63,855 nt of DNA, filler included, from 4 parts of 4 records of this genome joined end to end with filler, not necessarily neighbours in it, one strand, 5' to 3'. Numbered from the whole stretch's first letter, positions 36,001 through 48,806 are shown. A program made the numbers and translations. Notes: a model not told the origin generated them from the letters alone.

Positions 36001-39000
36001 CGTCCCGGAGGTTGAAGGTCAAGTGATCACAGTGGGGTCACTATTTACGAAGGATATTGAAAAGGAGGTGTGTATTGCTGCCGCGTCAGACAGCTAGTGC
36101 GCGGTGGGACGTGTGATGGCAACGCGGCGCGCGTTGCTTGCCGCGCGCGCAGCCTCGGTGCGATCGGGCTCCAAAGTGCGCGCTGCGTGTTCCCTTCCGC
36201 CAATGGCTGCTGGTTCTCGTCGCGGCTGCTACAATGTTTGTGCGCTGCAATGTATTCTTCTCCCCTCTATGACTGTTGGTGCAAGTGGCGAAGGCGGTAA
36301 TTGTTGCGAGTGTCTGCGCATTTGTTGCGCGAATAGCGCGGCGCTGGGATTGGTGCACTAGTTCTTGCATGTGAGCAAGCTGTTGAGCGGTTGTTTGCGC
36401 GCTTGCCGGCGCCGTCTCGGTGCGCTTACGTGGTGGTTGCGTGGCTGCTCCCTCGCGCGCGGGCACGTGCAGGCGGAGCAGCTGGAGGAAGCACGGGAGC
36501 ACCAGGGGCGCGCTCAGCTCGCGTACCACGAGAAGCGCAAGCAGCTTGTGCAGCGTCGCGAGAAGGAGATGATGGAAGTTATCCGCCGCGATATGGATGC
36601 TCTCGCACGTAAGCGGAACAAGACGCGCCAGGAGCACAACCGCGGTGTCGTGGAGAAAGTGTCGCGACTCTCCGACGCGTTCTCCTCCACCGCGCGCGAG
36701 CTCGCCAGCCTCGCGCGCCGCCGAGCTCACGAGATCGACATTCGGTACGGCCGTATCGAGAACGCGCTGGAGTTTGGCCAGCATCCTCGTCGCAAGCGCC
36801 ATGAGCAGAAGATTGACTTTTCCGACTCCCCGCTCCCGATTCGCCTGCGGGTGGAGATGATGCGCGCCGTTCGCGAGAAGCTGCGGCGCGGGTGGTACAC
36901 GGTCCGCGTGTCGCTGAAGAGCCAGCTCGGCGGGTACGGGCAGCAGTGGACGATGATGTGGAACGAAAACAACTTCCACAATCCCTATTACGGAACGACG
37001 TTTCCCATTTTCCACACCGGGCGCACCACGGATATCGAAATGAGCGTGGAGGAGTCTGTCTTCACGCACATTCCGCCGATGAGCGAGATCAGGTGCGTGC
37101 GATAGATCCCGAGTAGCCGCGGCCGGCAGCGACTACTGGGAAAGTGCGCGATTGCACGCCTCGACGTGCAGGTGTGCTGGATCCCGGTTCGCCGTGCTTG
37201 CGCCATTCGTTGGCTGTATGGGATCGCGCGGCGGCGCGGATGGTCGTCGCTGGTGGCCCAGTGGCGGCCTTGCAATGCGTGCAGAGCGGTGGTCGCTGCA
37301 GCGCGCACGGGCATGTCGCGTCCGCTTGTAGCTGCTGTTTTCTTGTATTGCAAGGCGCGCGCGTATTCTCTCGGCTCGATACGCGCGATTGACGCCCATT
37401 CTCTCTCTTTTTTTTTTGTCGTGGGCTGCTCGTCAGTCTGTGAAGGAATACCTCGTGAGCGCGCGCTAAGCGACACCGCGGGCGGCAAAGTGCAGCGGGC
37501 AGCACTCGCTGCTTGCGAATTACAGGCGCTTGTATGTCGTTTCCAGCTTGCCGTATCTAGCAGGAGTGCGCGTGTGCTAAAGAGCTGCTCTGCTTGCTCC
37601 CGCGGGGACGCTGCACTGCTCGTGTCTTGGCGCGTTTGCTTGCTTTGGACGGCGGCCGCACGTGTTTCTGTACACGTGCGCGGTACCTCCTCACCTCGGC
37701 GCGCTCTCGCGCTCATCAAGAAGCGAGCTTACACCCTCGTCTGCTGCGCCGATGTGTCTTGTGCTATATTATTTTTGTTTTGTTTTGGGCCGTGGCCGTT
37801 TCACGTCGTGCAGGCCTTCGACGGTGCTCCACTTCGAGGTGGTTCGGCTGAATCACCGCCAGGCGACGGCAGGCCGGATCGTTGCGTGGGGCGCGTTTCC
37901 CCTCGTAAATGGCGAGCTGGAGATTGTGCGCGGTCGCTTCAAGGTTCCGCTTCTCGCAGGTGCATCGAATCCCGCGTTCAACAAATTTTCAAAGATCGAG
38001 CGCGAGTGGGCAGACAATCTGGATCGCTGGCTCGCAAACATGTACATTGAGATCTCGCATCTACCGCGCGTAAGCCGCGGCGGGCAGAGCGAAGACCTCG
38101 TGGAGCGCATGTACACGCAGGAGCTCCTCGGGTTCCCCGACGCTCCGGACGAGTTCATCGAGCCCGAGGACGCAATGCTCGACGACGTCGGGCGCGACGA
38201 TTTCTGGCGCTACGGGCACGGCGTGGTGAGCCCGCGGCGCCAGACGCGGGATCGGATCGAGGACATTGTGGACTCTGGCGAGCGCGTCACGCGCAAGAGC
38301 ACGGATAGGGGCCCGGGGCTTCTCAGCCGCGGCAAGGGAAAGGGCGCGGCCGCGGAGAAGCCGGCCGCCGCGGACGCGCCGAAGAGCGCGCACGATGTGC
38401 TGCAGGCGATCTCCAACCTCGCCGTCGAGCGGCGTCACCACGAGCAGCGCGACTTTGAAGACGAGGCGCGGAAGCGGCGCGAGCAGCGCAACGTGCGCTT
38501 CCGCCCAATCACCGAGGTCAATGAGTTCGAGGAAGCGGACTCGATTCCAGTGATGCGCATCAAGGACGAGATTCGCGACTTTGGACGCGCCAACGTCGCG
38601 CCGCTGCACAACGTGTCGAAGCGCGACGAGCGCATCGACCTGGAGCACGCGAGCGAGGTCGAGTACGATGCTGCGGGACGGCCGTTTATCCCGGATGAGG
38701 TTGCCGAGCGCATCCAGCAGTCGAAGCGCCTCACGCAGCCGTCGGAGCAGAAGAAGGTGCTGCTATGGAAGGAGGACTCGCGCGACGAAGGCGGGCGGCT
38801 TGCGCGGCGGCTCGTGCGCCCGTACCAGACCACGGTCGTCACCGAGGCGGCGCTGCAGTCGTACCACTACAGCATCTCCACGCCGAGTATGCGGCGGCTT
38901 GGCCTGAGCACGCGCAACCGCATTCGCCTCGTGTATCGTGAGGCAAAGGCCGATATTTTCAACGCGCAGATGCCTTGGAAGCTGCGCGCGCTGACCGTTG

Positions 39001-41049
39001 TCATGCTGGTCCTGTCGCTGTGGATCACCACGTACTTCCACTACATGGGCGAGCGCGCGTACCTCGAGTCGGAAAACGTTCCCGTCAGCAGATACGACTT
39101 TGTGTTTTATACGGTGAAGCTCGAGTACCCGGCCGACACTGTTTCGCTGCGTATTGAGCTGGGGACGATATGCACGGGGATGATCATCAACCTCGCAGTA
39201 TTTGCCATCATGGTTGGTAGCACGTGGCTGCTCAAGGTATGCTCACCGGGTCGGTGGGCCCGTGCTCGATCGCCGAGCTGGGGCACAGCGCGTCAGAGCG
39301 TGGCTCTCTCACACGGTGTTGATTTCCGAGGTTGCGTACGGTGTCAGCCCCACATGGTGTACCGGCGGCGTGCGTTCTCGCTGGGCCGGAGCGCTGCCAG
39401 TGCGTTGGGTCGTCTCGCTTTGCCTCATGTCGTTTCTGCACGCCTTTGCGCCTCTTCTCGTCTACGCGCGCGCGCGCGCTTGCAGCGTCGCCACCGTCTG
39501 CCGGAGCAGCTGTCGCGCATGGTGGGCGTATACGGCTCGGCAGTATTCCTGAATCCTCTGTTTATCATGCTTGTGGACGTGGCGGAAGGGCGAACGACGG
39601 TACGGTCGCACTCGTGTGCGAACCCGCAAGCGTTCGCGCTCGCTTTGCGCGCTTGCTCGTGCTGACCCGCCCGCCTCTCCCCGCGCTTGCTGTCCGGCGA
39701 CCCGCGCTGCCGTGCAGAACGGAGACGCGTTCAAAATGGCGTCGTGGTTTGACCGCCAGGACGAACCGATCGCGTACGGGGTGTTTGCGATTCTACTCGT
39801 GTATGCGTTCTTCCTTCTCGCTGCGCTGTTCATCCTGTGGCTGTTTTTCCTCTATGTTCACTTCTCGGGCCGAATCTACGTACGTTTACTCCTCCTGCAC
39901 TTGGTTCTTCTTCGCTCGCGAGGAGAAGGGGCGCGCGCCGCTCACTGCACTCGGAAGCGCAATCTCATCGCAGCGTTGCATTGGTTGGCGATCTTTGCGG
40001 CGTGCAGGATCTCTCGAAGCGACTCACGGGAATGGAGCGCGACTTTTTCGTCCCGTCGGACTCGGAAGTCAGCCGCCGGTACCTCAAGTGGGTGTGCTCG
40101 CGCGTTCCGCACTGGCGCGGCGAGGAACCGGGCACGAAGCGGTAAGAATCTGCGCGGCGGAGCAGGCGCCGCCGCTGTGCGCGCGCTGGCGCTGCACTGT
40201 ACGTGGCCACATCGGTGCCGCCGCTCACGCTGTGCGCCTACTCTGCGCCGCGGCGTGCCACTGCCCTTCTCTGCAGCATTGTGACCGTCAATGATTTCGA
40301 AGTAACCGACTCGGAAGACCCGCAGTTCAAGCGCCGCTTCGTGCACATCGCCATCTTCACGATTTTCCCGACTGGCAACGGTGCGTTGGCCGATGGCAGC
40401 GGCAGCCGCGTGCGGCGCGCGTCTCGCTGTGCTTGCCGCTGCACGATATTGATGGCAGGAGCATGCGATGCGCGCGCGGTGGTGGCTTTTTCCTGTGTAC
40501 TGCAGATGAGCTCTTCCGGCATTTCTTGCGGCTAGGCGAGGACGGGCCGATTATTGAAGTCTACTCGGGCACGAAGCGCGATGCGTGGGAGTGCGGAATC
40601 GCGCAGATCCAGTCGGCACAGCTTGCCAAGGCGATTACGAAGTTCCTCTTCCTGGTACGGCACGCTGCGCGCTGCGTCGGCCATCCCGTCGCGTTCCGCG
40701 CTGCCTCGCTGCCCCGATTCTACAACAGAGCGATTGTATTGTACTCGTGTATTACATTGCGCGCCTGACCGATTCGCGTATTTCATGCCAAGAAGAAGCG
40801 CGCCCAGGCGAAAGGCTGCGTGCTGGCAAAGTGTCGGATCCCCTGCCTCTCTTTGATCGTTGTTCGCTCTCATGCTCAGTTGCGATGGTTCGTTTCTGCG
40901 ACGCGCGTTTCTCTCTCTTTCTCTCTCCCTGTGTCCCGGCCGCTCAGCAACATGCCGCTCGCTTGGAAGACGATGATAGCGCAGCGCATATCGACGCGAC
41001 CGCACAACTTGCCGAGGACTTGAAGGAGAAAGGGCCGCTAAGCCCGTAA
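33099..41049 (+). CDS. OFCC1 (orofacial cleft 1 candidate)-like multi-pass membrane protein, multi-exon
   Basis: PLPIRLRVEMMRAVREKLRRGWYTVRVSLKSQLGG, IVAWGAFPLVNGELEIVRGRFKVPLL...DNLDRWLANMYIEI, several TM segments, RDFFVPSDSEVS and ELFRHFLRL..GPIIEVY all resemble recalled OFCC1-family motifs. Exon 1 (MADLDRAPS...) is phase-compatible with exon 2 at ~34677. Confidence 0.75.
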
Positions 41050-41079
41050 GATCCGTCGCATGTGCTTGCGGTCTGTGTA

Positions 41080-44000
41080 TCAGAGAAAGATGTGCTGGGT
41101 GGCAAATGCCGCTGCCATCGGCGCTCCAAAGCGCGAGACAGCGTAATAAAAAATTGCGCCGAATGCAATGGAAAGCGGCAGTGCCGGTAGAGCCTGGAAG
41201 CGCAACGAGCAGGATCGCGCGCGATGTAAGGAAGACAGCCCTGTACCCTGCTCTGTGCTCCCGTTGCGTGCGAGCACAGTCACACTGTGCCCAGCACTCA
41301 TGCGCGCAGGTGCGCAGGACCTGGGAAGCAACGTCCCGAGAGAGAAAACGGCCACGCACTCCCAGATGCATCTGCGGCAGCGCATTGCGCTGACACACCG
41401 CGCGCCGTGCAGCGGGCCGCGACAGGAACAAAAGTAAAAAGGGGGACATAGAGGACAGCGACCTGGGGCAATGGCATAGGTGCGGGACAGAGTGAAATTA
41501 GCGTAGACGCGTCTCCCCTTCACGCGTTGATGTTCACAGTTGCTCGCTCAGCGCCCGGTATTCACCTTTCAGCACGGCGCCATGGCGAAAGGAGTTCAGC
41601 AACGCATAGCCAGACCGGACACAGCACATCAGATTCAAACACAGCAAAGCACAAAACCGCGAAAGAAGCAGCGCCATTACCTTTTCCAGCATCGACAGCA
41701 GGAACAGAGTTACGCACAGGCCGGTAAGCACCGCAATGGCGCACGCAAACACTGTAGTGTAGTCAAACAGTGCAGCTTTCGCCGTCAGCACACTGGAGAA
41801 GCAGACCAAGCAGCGCGCAGGGGCAAACAGCACACGCCGAGGCGACATCGACGTGATGCGAGACGATTTGAAGGAAATAGTAAATAATCTTTGTAGGCAT
41901 CGCAGCTCCGTCCTGTCCGACACACAATTGCAGCGCCCTTTTGAGCGGCTATCAGTTTGTATGCGCACGTGGCGCACATCGCAAATGCAGCGCATAGCAT
42001 GGAACCGTCATTCTCACCGGGTTCCTCGCAGGTGTCGAGCATGACAGCGTTTCTTAGCGCCTCCCCGTACCTGTAAAATACAAAATCGCCAAGACCCAGC
42101 TTGACTCCGTGTTCATCATCATCATCCTCTTCATCACCGTACTCTTCATCTCCTTGCTCTCTGGTCTGGCTCGGGGCGGCGAGGTGGCTGTTGGTGATCT
42201 CGGGCGTCGTGGGATGCTCGTAGTGCCCCGACTGAGCGGGCTCATTCGGACCTCGAGGCGCTCGGTTGGGTGGTGGCATCGGCTGAGGCGATGCAGGGAG
42301 CGGAGAGGATTCTGCGTGCGGTCCTATACGATCGTCTACGTCGTCCATGAGACTCGCTTCCGCCTCCAACGCGCGGGGTCCAGCACTCCCGTTGTCCGAT
42401 GCAGCACCTGCAATCCATGCGCAACGAGTACCTTGCATGCCGCGCTTAGCGCCGTCGAATACCATAGGGGGACAAACGGCAGGGCAAGCGCAACGACACG
42501 CGCGTACGCAATCGCTTTCACGAGCAAGTGGTTCCTCTCTCCCTCGAGAATTTCCCCCGGAGAGGGAGGGGGAAGCCAAGCCACGGCCTTGCTGCTCCTT
42601 CCTGTAGACAATTGCGCCTACCAGCAGCACAGTGCTTGCGCGCGATAGAGCGAAACGCATCTGGAGCAATGCATACGTACAGCGTCCAGGCTCGTGCTTC
42701 TTGGGAGACTGACACGTGCACATTGGCAAGTGCGAGATACCGAGAAAAGCAAGAGACACGCATGTGTGCGCTCATGAAGCACTGCAGAGGCCATACCGCT
42801 TTGGTTTCGCCGTGCCCACGAAGGGTCACGCTGCGTCACAGGCAGCGACACCGGGCGTTTCTCCGCGTCGTACACAAGCGCCGGAATCATATCTCCACGC
42901 TCCTGCGCCCATGAAGTTATATAACACACTGAAGGACTTAGTACGACTGGACCATACTGCGTGCACACATTTAAGCCTTTGCGCGTCCTGAGAACAGCAC
43001 CGCTGTGCACTACGAAACAACCAATGCCCATCGTGCTCCACTGCTCGAGCAGACGTGCGTCGCACGGATTCTTAGTGCTTCCGAGAGGCTTCTGTAACAA
43101 GACTGATACAGAAGCGAGCACTGTATACCACTTCAATCTTACCTGTACAGTTTCAACAAGGCTCTTTAGCGGACCACAAGGGGCAAGGACTGCAAAGAGA
43201 TCGTACAACGCGAGTGCGATAAGGAGCGCCCAGGCGGTCCAATTCGGAAACTGCGCGAATACCCAAGCCTGTGAAGAAGGAGCAAGGCAGAGCGCACGCG
43301 CACACAACGTGGAGCAGGAGAGACCGAATAATAAGAAGCCACGCCAAGCCGAACCAATCCATCTTGATCAGCGCGGCTGAGCACCTTGCACTAGGCGGTT
43401 GTGTGGCGGAATTGCTGACCCCGCGATTGTAACAACAGAATGCGTGGCGAGCCAGGGGAGGAAGTGCGCTCTCACGAGCAGCAGTCCGCCGCGCACGTAC
43501 CATTTCTGCACTAATGAACACGAGATAGCTCTGACGGACGATTGTAGGGGCATGCCAGAATATTGCCAGCACGCCTACCGCGGTAAAATTCCACAAAAAT
43601 ACTGCAACGTGGCGCACAGTAATACGCAGGCGTCTGTTGTCAGAGCGACAGCGAGGCACTGCACAGCCATTCACGTGGTCAGAGGCAGCGTCACGCTCGC
43701 TGGCGTGCCAAGTTTCATTCACGTCCCCGCCGCGGCGATTGTCCCGCACTGAAAAACAGGAGCAGCTATACGTACTGTAAAATGTGATGATATCCATTTC
43801 AATGTTGTAGAGAAGGAAAAGACGCGCGAATATGTACCCGCCCGAGCCGCCTAGGAGAAGAATCATGGTTGCTGCGAGCCATCCAAATATCAGCTGCATC
43901 GAGCAGAGCGCAACGCGTCAACGCCAGTGCGGGACGAGTAAGTCAGAAGAATAGACAGCTGAAGAGCTATGCGAGTCGCCGACACGAATGACATGGTAAT

Positions 44001-44928
44001 CTCGCCAACAGTGGACGCACTCGCTTCCCAAGGCAACGTGGACGGCCGCTGTGGTCGAGACCCACGGCGCTAGCTCTGGCGCACCTTTGTACATTTGGCA
44101 CGATAGAGCACGAGGAGAACGATCGTCATTCCGAGAATCACGCCGACAAATATGATGGCATTCAAGAGCGCTCCGGAGAGCTTGGAAGAATCATCGTCAC
44201 CCTCTTTTTCGCGATACGGCATCACCGGCGAGTACGTCTGTCCAGTGCTGGGCGACTGGAGCGCGCGCACAAACCTGCAGCGACGCGCGACAGAGGCGAC
44301 GCGTGCCGTCCATGCGAGCCATGAGGGTCACGCTCGCGAAGAGTGCGAGGCGGCGTGCACAGCCAGTCTACCCAAATCAACAAGCTTGCGGCGCTATTTC
44401 GTCCCCGGAGTCCAAGCTACGGCACTTCACTAACTAAATCACTGTGCTTTACGGTGGTCTAGTGCAGAAAGTGGGGAGGCAGCGGAGGCACAAAGGGCGC
44501 TGCGCGGCTACGTCGAGGACGACGACGGCGGGGAACAGTTCAACGACGAGTGGTGCAAACGAGAGCGTACGCGGGCCCGTGACGCGCGCACAGCTGCGAG
44601 CCCGACGTCGCCGGAGATCGCTCGGTCCGAGTGACCTGCCATAGCGAAGGCCAGCGTACCATACAGACAAAATCAAACACATGATCACGGGTTTCAAGAT
44701 CGACGTCACACTGCGAGCTCCGTACTGGAGCGACTTTTCGACGATCACAGCCCCTGCAGCATCGGTGGCAGCAGCGTCGTCGCGCGCAACGCGATACCGT
44801 AAGGGAAGTGCTGGAGGTGCCGCGTTGCGCCAGCGTGCGGTCTGCTGGGCGGCAACACTCGACTATGAACACAGCATCAGTAGCTTCAGCGGCGACGTAC
44901 CCTCATTGTCGATCCTATCATTGGGCAT
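41080..44928 (-). CDS. PSEN: Presenilin (gamma-secretase catalytic subunit, A22A), multi-exon
   Basis: LQYGARSV..ILKPV, WNFTAVG, catalytic LYDLFAVLAPCGPLK and GVKLGLGDFVFY (GxGD), and the PAL motif LPALPLSI near the C-terminus. Confidence 0.95.
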
Positions 44929-45513
44929 CGTTACTACCTGTGCGCCGTGATGGTGAGCTTCGGGCGCTTGCACGCGTGGGTCGCGCGCACTGCCAGCTCA
45001 GTACGGCGCGGAGAGAAGCAAGCAGACAAGGAAAGCAGCGCGTGCGTGCACGTCGACGGACGCGCAGGTGCACTCCGTTGGGTCGTACGTCTGACCACAT
45101 GACGGTGCTGTAGAGGAATGCTATAGTTTACACAGCCAGATTTTTCCGGGGCACACGAAGACTGAGCCTTCGCGGGCAGAGAGCGACGACGCGCAGGTAG
45201 AAAGGTTGCATTGCGCCATTCATTTCCAAGATAAATACCAGTTCTCGGCATATACATGGAGCAATCTCAAACATATTATAGCACGCGGCAGGTCAGCGTC
45301 TCGTAGTGCTGCCTCGGCCAGTCTGTTGCACTTCCAAAATGGTGAGCCACGCCACAACGGGAAGAGATTCACAGACGAGTCGGATTAGCCGCTCATCTGA
45401 TCGCGCAAGTCAGTGCGCGCGATTCAAAATTATGGCCACTCACTTGCTGTGTGTTCAGGGGTCCCCTGGCCCGTATTGCACCCGAGTTTGCAGGGCTTAG
45501 TCGACCTCCTCGA

Positions 45514-45613
45514 NNNNNNNNNNNNNNNNNNNNNNNNNNNNNNNNNNNNNNNNNNNNTTAATTAATTAANNNNNNNNNNNNNNNNNNNNNNNNNNNNNNN
45601 NNNNNNNNNNNNN
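45514..45613. other. Artificial contig linker; eukaryote/bacterium boundary
   Basis: N44-TTAATTAATTAA-N44. Confidence 0.99.
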
Positions 45614-46184
45614 CGCCGCCGGCACCAATCACCACCACATCCTGACCGGCGCGCAGACCGGCGGCATTGACCACAGCCCCGACGCCGGTGATCACGCCAC
45701 AGGCAATCAATGCAGCGGCATCTTTCGGGATATCGTCGGAAACCCTGACCACCTGCGCCTGTTCCACCACAACCTTTTCGGCAAAGGCACCGGCTGCCAT
45801 TGCCTGATGCAGCTTGCCGCCATCCGCAGTTTTCAGCGGGCCAAGGTCACCATCATAGGGGGTTTCACAGACTGTGGGCTTGCCGCCTGCACAGGAAGGG
45901 CAACTGCCGCAGGCGCGGATCAGGGTGACGATGACACTGTCACCCGTTGCCAGTCCGCGCACGCCCGGCCCAACCGCGCTGACGCGTCCGGCGGCCTCGT
46001 GACCGTAGACGGCGGGCAATGACCCTCCCCAAGCACCATCAGCAAAAGAGATGTCGGAATGGCAGATCGCAACCGCGTCCAGCGTCACCTCGACTTCGCT
46101 GCCTTCGGGCGCGCGCAATTCAACCTCTTCGATGACCAGCGGTGCGCCAAATTCATGTGCAACAGCGGCTTTGATCCTTGGCAT
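45614..46184 (-). CDS. Zn-dependent alcohol dehydrogenase (MDR), 3' partial
   Basis: ICHSD, GHEAAG, CGSCPSC...C zinc motifs and GAGG nucleotide-binding start. Truncated at the linker. Confidence 0.92.
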
Positions 46185-46259
46185 ATACCGTCCCCTTGTA
46201 TCGGCTTTTTAAGCAGGCTGACGGTGAATGCCCCCTCGCGCAAGCACAGATGCGACGTT

Positions 46260-47477
46260 TCACAGGGGTGATGACGTCACGTCCAGCCTGTGGATACGCA
46301 GGATGAAGACGGCAAGCGCCAGAACCATCAGGCCAGCGGCCAGCAGGAACGGGGCACCGGGCAGGTAAAACGGCGCGCCGTCCCGGGTGAATTGCGCGAA
46401 GGTTGCGGTCATCGCCAGCGGCGACAGGATCATTGCCAGCGCATTGGCCGAGGTCAGCACCCCTTGCAGCTCTCCCTGCGCATTGTCGGCCACTTGCCGT
46501 GACATGATGCCGGTCAAGGCGGGCGGGATCACCCCCGCCACGGCGGCAATCGGGGTCAGGATAAGGGTGAGGACACCTGACGGGGTAACGGCAATTGCGA
46601 TATAGGTTGCAATGGCGAACATATGGCCTGCGATCACGGTGCCCCGTTCGCCCAGCTGGTTCAGTGCCAGCCGGATGACCCCGCCCTGAACAATGGCCAT
46701 GGCCCCGCCAAACAGCGCCAGCGACAGGCCAATCACCGATGGCTGCCAGCCGAAACGCTCCTGTCCGAAGTAGGACCAGACCGAAGGATAGACCGCAAAA
46801 GCAACGCTATAGAGGAAATAGACCATCAAAAGGGGCCGTACGCCGGGCAGGTTGCTCAGATGCTTCAGCGCGCCAAACGGATTGGCCCGCCGCCAACTGA
46901 AGGCACGGGCATGCTCGGGGCGCAGGGTTTCTTTCAGCACAAGCCAGCCCAGCAGAAAATTTGCCAGAGCCAGAGCGGCCGCTGCCCAGAACGGTGCGCG
47001 GGTGCCGTATTCGGCCAGAAGGCCACCGATTGTCGGCCCCAGCAGGAACCCCACGCCAAAGCCAGCCCCGATCAGGCCAAAGTTTTTGCTACGTTCGGCA
47101 GGGGCAGAGATATCTGCCATAAAGGCCGATGCTGTTGCATGGGTGGCGGCAGTGATGCCGCCGACGATCCGGCCCAGCAGCAACAACCAGATGCTGCCCG
47201 CCAATGCCATCACGACATAATCGGCCGCCATCACTGCCAGTGATGTCAGCAGGACAGGGCGGCGGCCAAAACGGTCCGACAATCCGCCAAGCACCGGCCC
47301 GAAAAGGAATTGCATCACGGCAAAGATTGTCGCCAAGATCCCGCCCCAGACGGCGGCCTGGCTTAGATCCCCGCCGTTCACCTCGCGAATGAGGTCGGGC
47401 ATCACTGGAATCATCAGGCCGATCCCCATGGCATCGATCATCACCGTGATCATGACAAATAGAACTGCGGGGCGCAT
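46260..47477 (-). CDS. TCR/Tet-family MFS transporter
   Basis: 405 aa, about 12 TM segments, motif A GGLSDRFGRRPVLL, GRIVGGITAA. Confidence 0.92.
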   Translation of the reverse strand: MRPAVLFVMITVMIDAMGIGLMIPVMPDLIREVNGGDLSQAAVWGGILATIFAVMQFLFGPVLGGLSDRFGRRPVLLTSLAVMAADYVVMALAGSIWLLLLGRIVGGITAATHATASAFMADISAPAERSKNFGLIGAGFGVGFLLGPTIGGLLAEYGTRAPFWAAAALALANFLLGWLVLKETLRPEHARAFSWRRANPFGALKHLSNLPGVRPLLMVYFLYSVAFAVYPSVWSYFGQERFGWQPSVIGLSLALFGGAMAIVQGGVIRLALNQLGERGTVIAGHMFAIATYIAIAVTPSGVLTLILTPIAAVAGVIPPALTGIMSRQVADNAQGELQGVLTSANALAMILSPLAMTATFAQFTRDGAPFYLPGAPFLLAAGLMVLALAVFILRIHRLDVTSSPL

Positions 47478-47480
47478 GGG

Positions 47481-48806
47481 TCAGAGGGCCGAAACGCGGG
47501 CGGCAAAGGTCAATGCCTGTTCGGGCGCGTCCCCCATGCTGGCCGTGGGATCAAAGATTGCCGGGTCCAGCTTGGGGTAATCCGCCAAGGCCAGTTTTGG
47601 CAGGGGCGTCTGGGATTTGCGCGCCTCAAGGCACAGCGCCTTACAGGCGGCCTGCGCATCAGGGCGGGGCATGATATCAGCCAAGGCAAAGCTAAGGGCC
47701 TCGGCGTGGATCAATCCCAGATTACCGTCCAGCGCGCTGCGCATTTGGACGGGGTGCGGGGCAAGACCGGCGCTGAGCGCCTTGGCGTGCTGCAAGGAAG
47801 CCGCAAGGGCAAGCGCGATCTGGGGCACCATCATCCATTCGGCAAACCACGCCGCCCCGTCACGCTGGTGCTGGTGTATCGCTGCGCTATGCAGGGCGGC
47901 TTTCAACCCGCTGACCTGTATATTCAGCGCGACCAGGGCCGAGGGGCGCACCGGGTTTTGCTTTTGCGGCATGGTTGAAGAGGCACCGGTGCCGCCAAGG
48001 CTGACTTCACCCACTTCACTGGCAGTCAACCCGATCAGGGTTTGGCCCATATGAGCAACGGATGCGACCACCTGTGCTTGCCAGTCTGCGATCCGCAGGA
48101 TGGGGCCGCGATCCGTGTGCCAAGTGCGCTGCGGATCATGCAGGCCAAGGGCCTGTGCCAATCCGGCCCGTGTCTCCGCGGGTTTTGCGCCCAAGGCTGA
48201 GCCGGTGCCAGCGGCCCCCGAGAGCGAGACAAACAGTGATGTCTCCCGCAGCTGTTCAACTGCGGCAAGGGCATCAAGCAGCGGTGCCCCGAACTGTGCC
48301 AAGACCCCCCCCCAGGAGGTTGGTGTTGCTTGCTGCCCGTAGGTGCGCGCGGCCATGGGCAGATGTGCGTGTTCCTCTGCCTGCTGGCCAAGATTGTTCA
48401 GGATCTCGCGCAGATCCGCCTCTGCCAAGGCAAGTGCTTGCCGCAACCGCAACATCAGGGCGGTGTCGATAATATCCTGCGAGGTTGCCCCCCAATGCAC
48501 AAATTGCGCATGTTCCGGCGCATTCATTTCCGCACGAAAGGCGGCGACCAGACCGGGCACACAGACGCCGTTTTCCCCTGTCGCCTTGGCAATCGCGCCG
48601 GGATCGATCTGTATTTCCATGCTGGCGCGGTGGATGGCTGCAGCCGAAAGGTCGGGGATCACCCCGAGACTGCCTTGCACCTTGGCCAAGGCCCCTTCAA
48701 CCAACAGCATCGCGCGAATGGCGGCACTGTCGGAAAACAGGCGGCCCGCTTCTGAGGTATCAAACAGCTTGGCGTAAAGCGGGCTGTCAAAAAGCGATGC
48801 GGCCAT
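47481..48806 (-). CDS. pcaB: 3-carboxy-cis,cis-muconate cycloisomerase-like (fumarase/ASL superfamily)
   Basis: HWGATSQDIIDT and signature GASSTMPQKQNP. Adjacent to pcaD. Confidence 0.75.
   Translation of the reverse strand: MAASLFDSPLYAKLFDTSEAGRLFSDSAAIRAMLLVEGALAKVQGSLGVIPDLSAAAIHRASMEIQIDPGAIAKATGENGVCVPGLVAAFRAEMNAPEHAQFVHWGATSQDIIDTALMLRLRQALALAEADLREILNNLGQQAEEHAHLPMAARTYGQQATPTSWGGVLAQFGAPLLDALAAVEQLRETSLFVSLSGAAGTGSALGAKPAETRAGLAQALGLHDPQRTWHTDRGPILRIADWQAQVVASVAHMGQTLIGLTASEVGEVSLGGTGASSTMPQKQNPVRPSALVALNIQVSGLKAALHSAAIHQHQRDGAAWFAEWMMVPQIALALAASLQHAKALSAGLAPHPVQMRSALDGNLGLIHAEALSFALADIMPRPDAQAACKALCLEARKSQTPLPKLALADYPKLDPAIFDPTASMGDAPEQALTFAARVSAL

Noticed and set aside
44615..44637. 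Near-palindrome encoding RSLGPSDL on both strands
   Set aside because: It is short, imperfect, single-copy and intronic with a 1-nt loop, so it is compatible with chance.
15233..44928. BACE-like protease plus presenilin as a linked secretase system
   Set aside because: The two genes lie on different contigs, so their proximity here is artificial.
566..45500. Hundreds of short overlapping ORFs in the six-frame track
   Set aside because: Most are antisense shadows or intron read-through of spliced genes in GC-rich DNA, with Arg/Cys/Ala-rich non-protein-like composition.
1..45513. Introner-like repeated introns or a non-standard genetic code
   Set aside because: I saw no shared sequence between introns by eye, and the conserved exons translate without internal stops in the standard code.
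46260..47477. Acquired tetracycline resistance gene
   Set aside because: No tetR, integron or transposase is nearby. The gene is embedded in a chromosomal operon, and TCR-family similarity alone does not show resistance.
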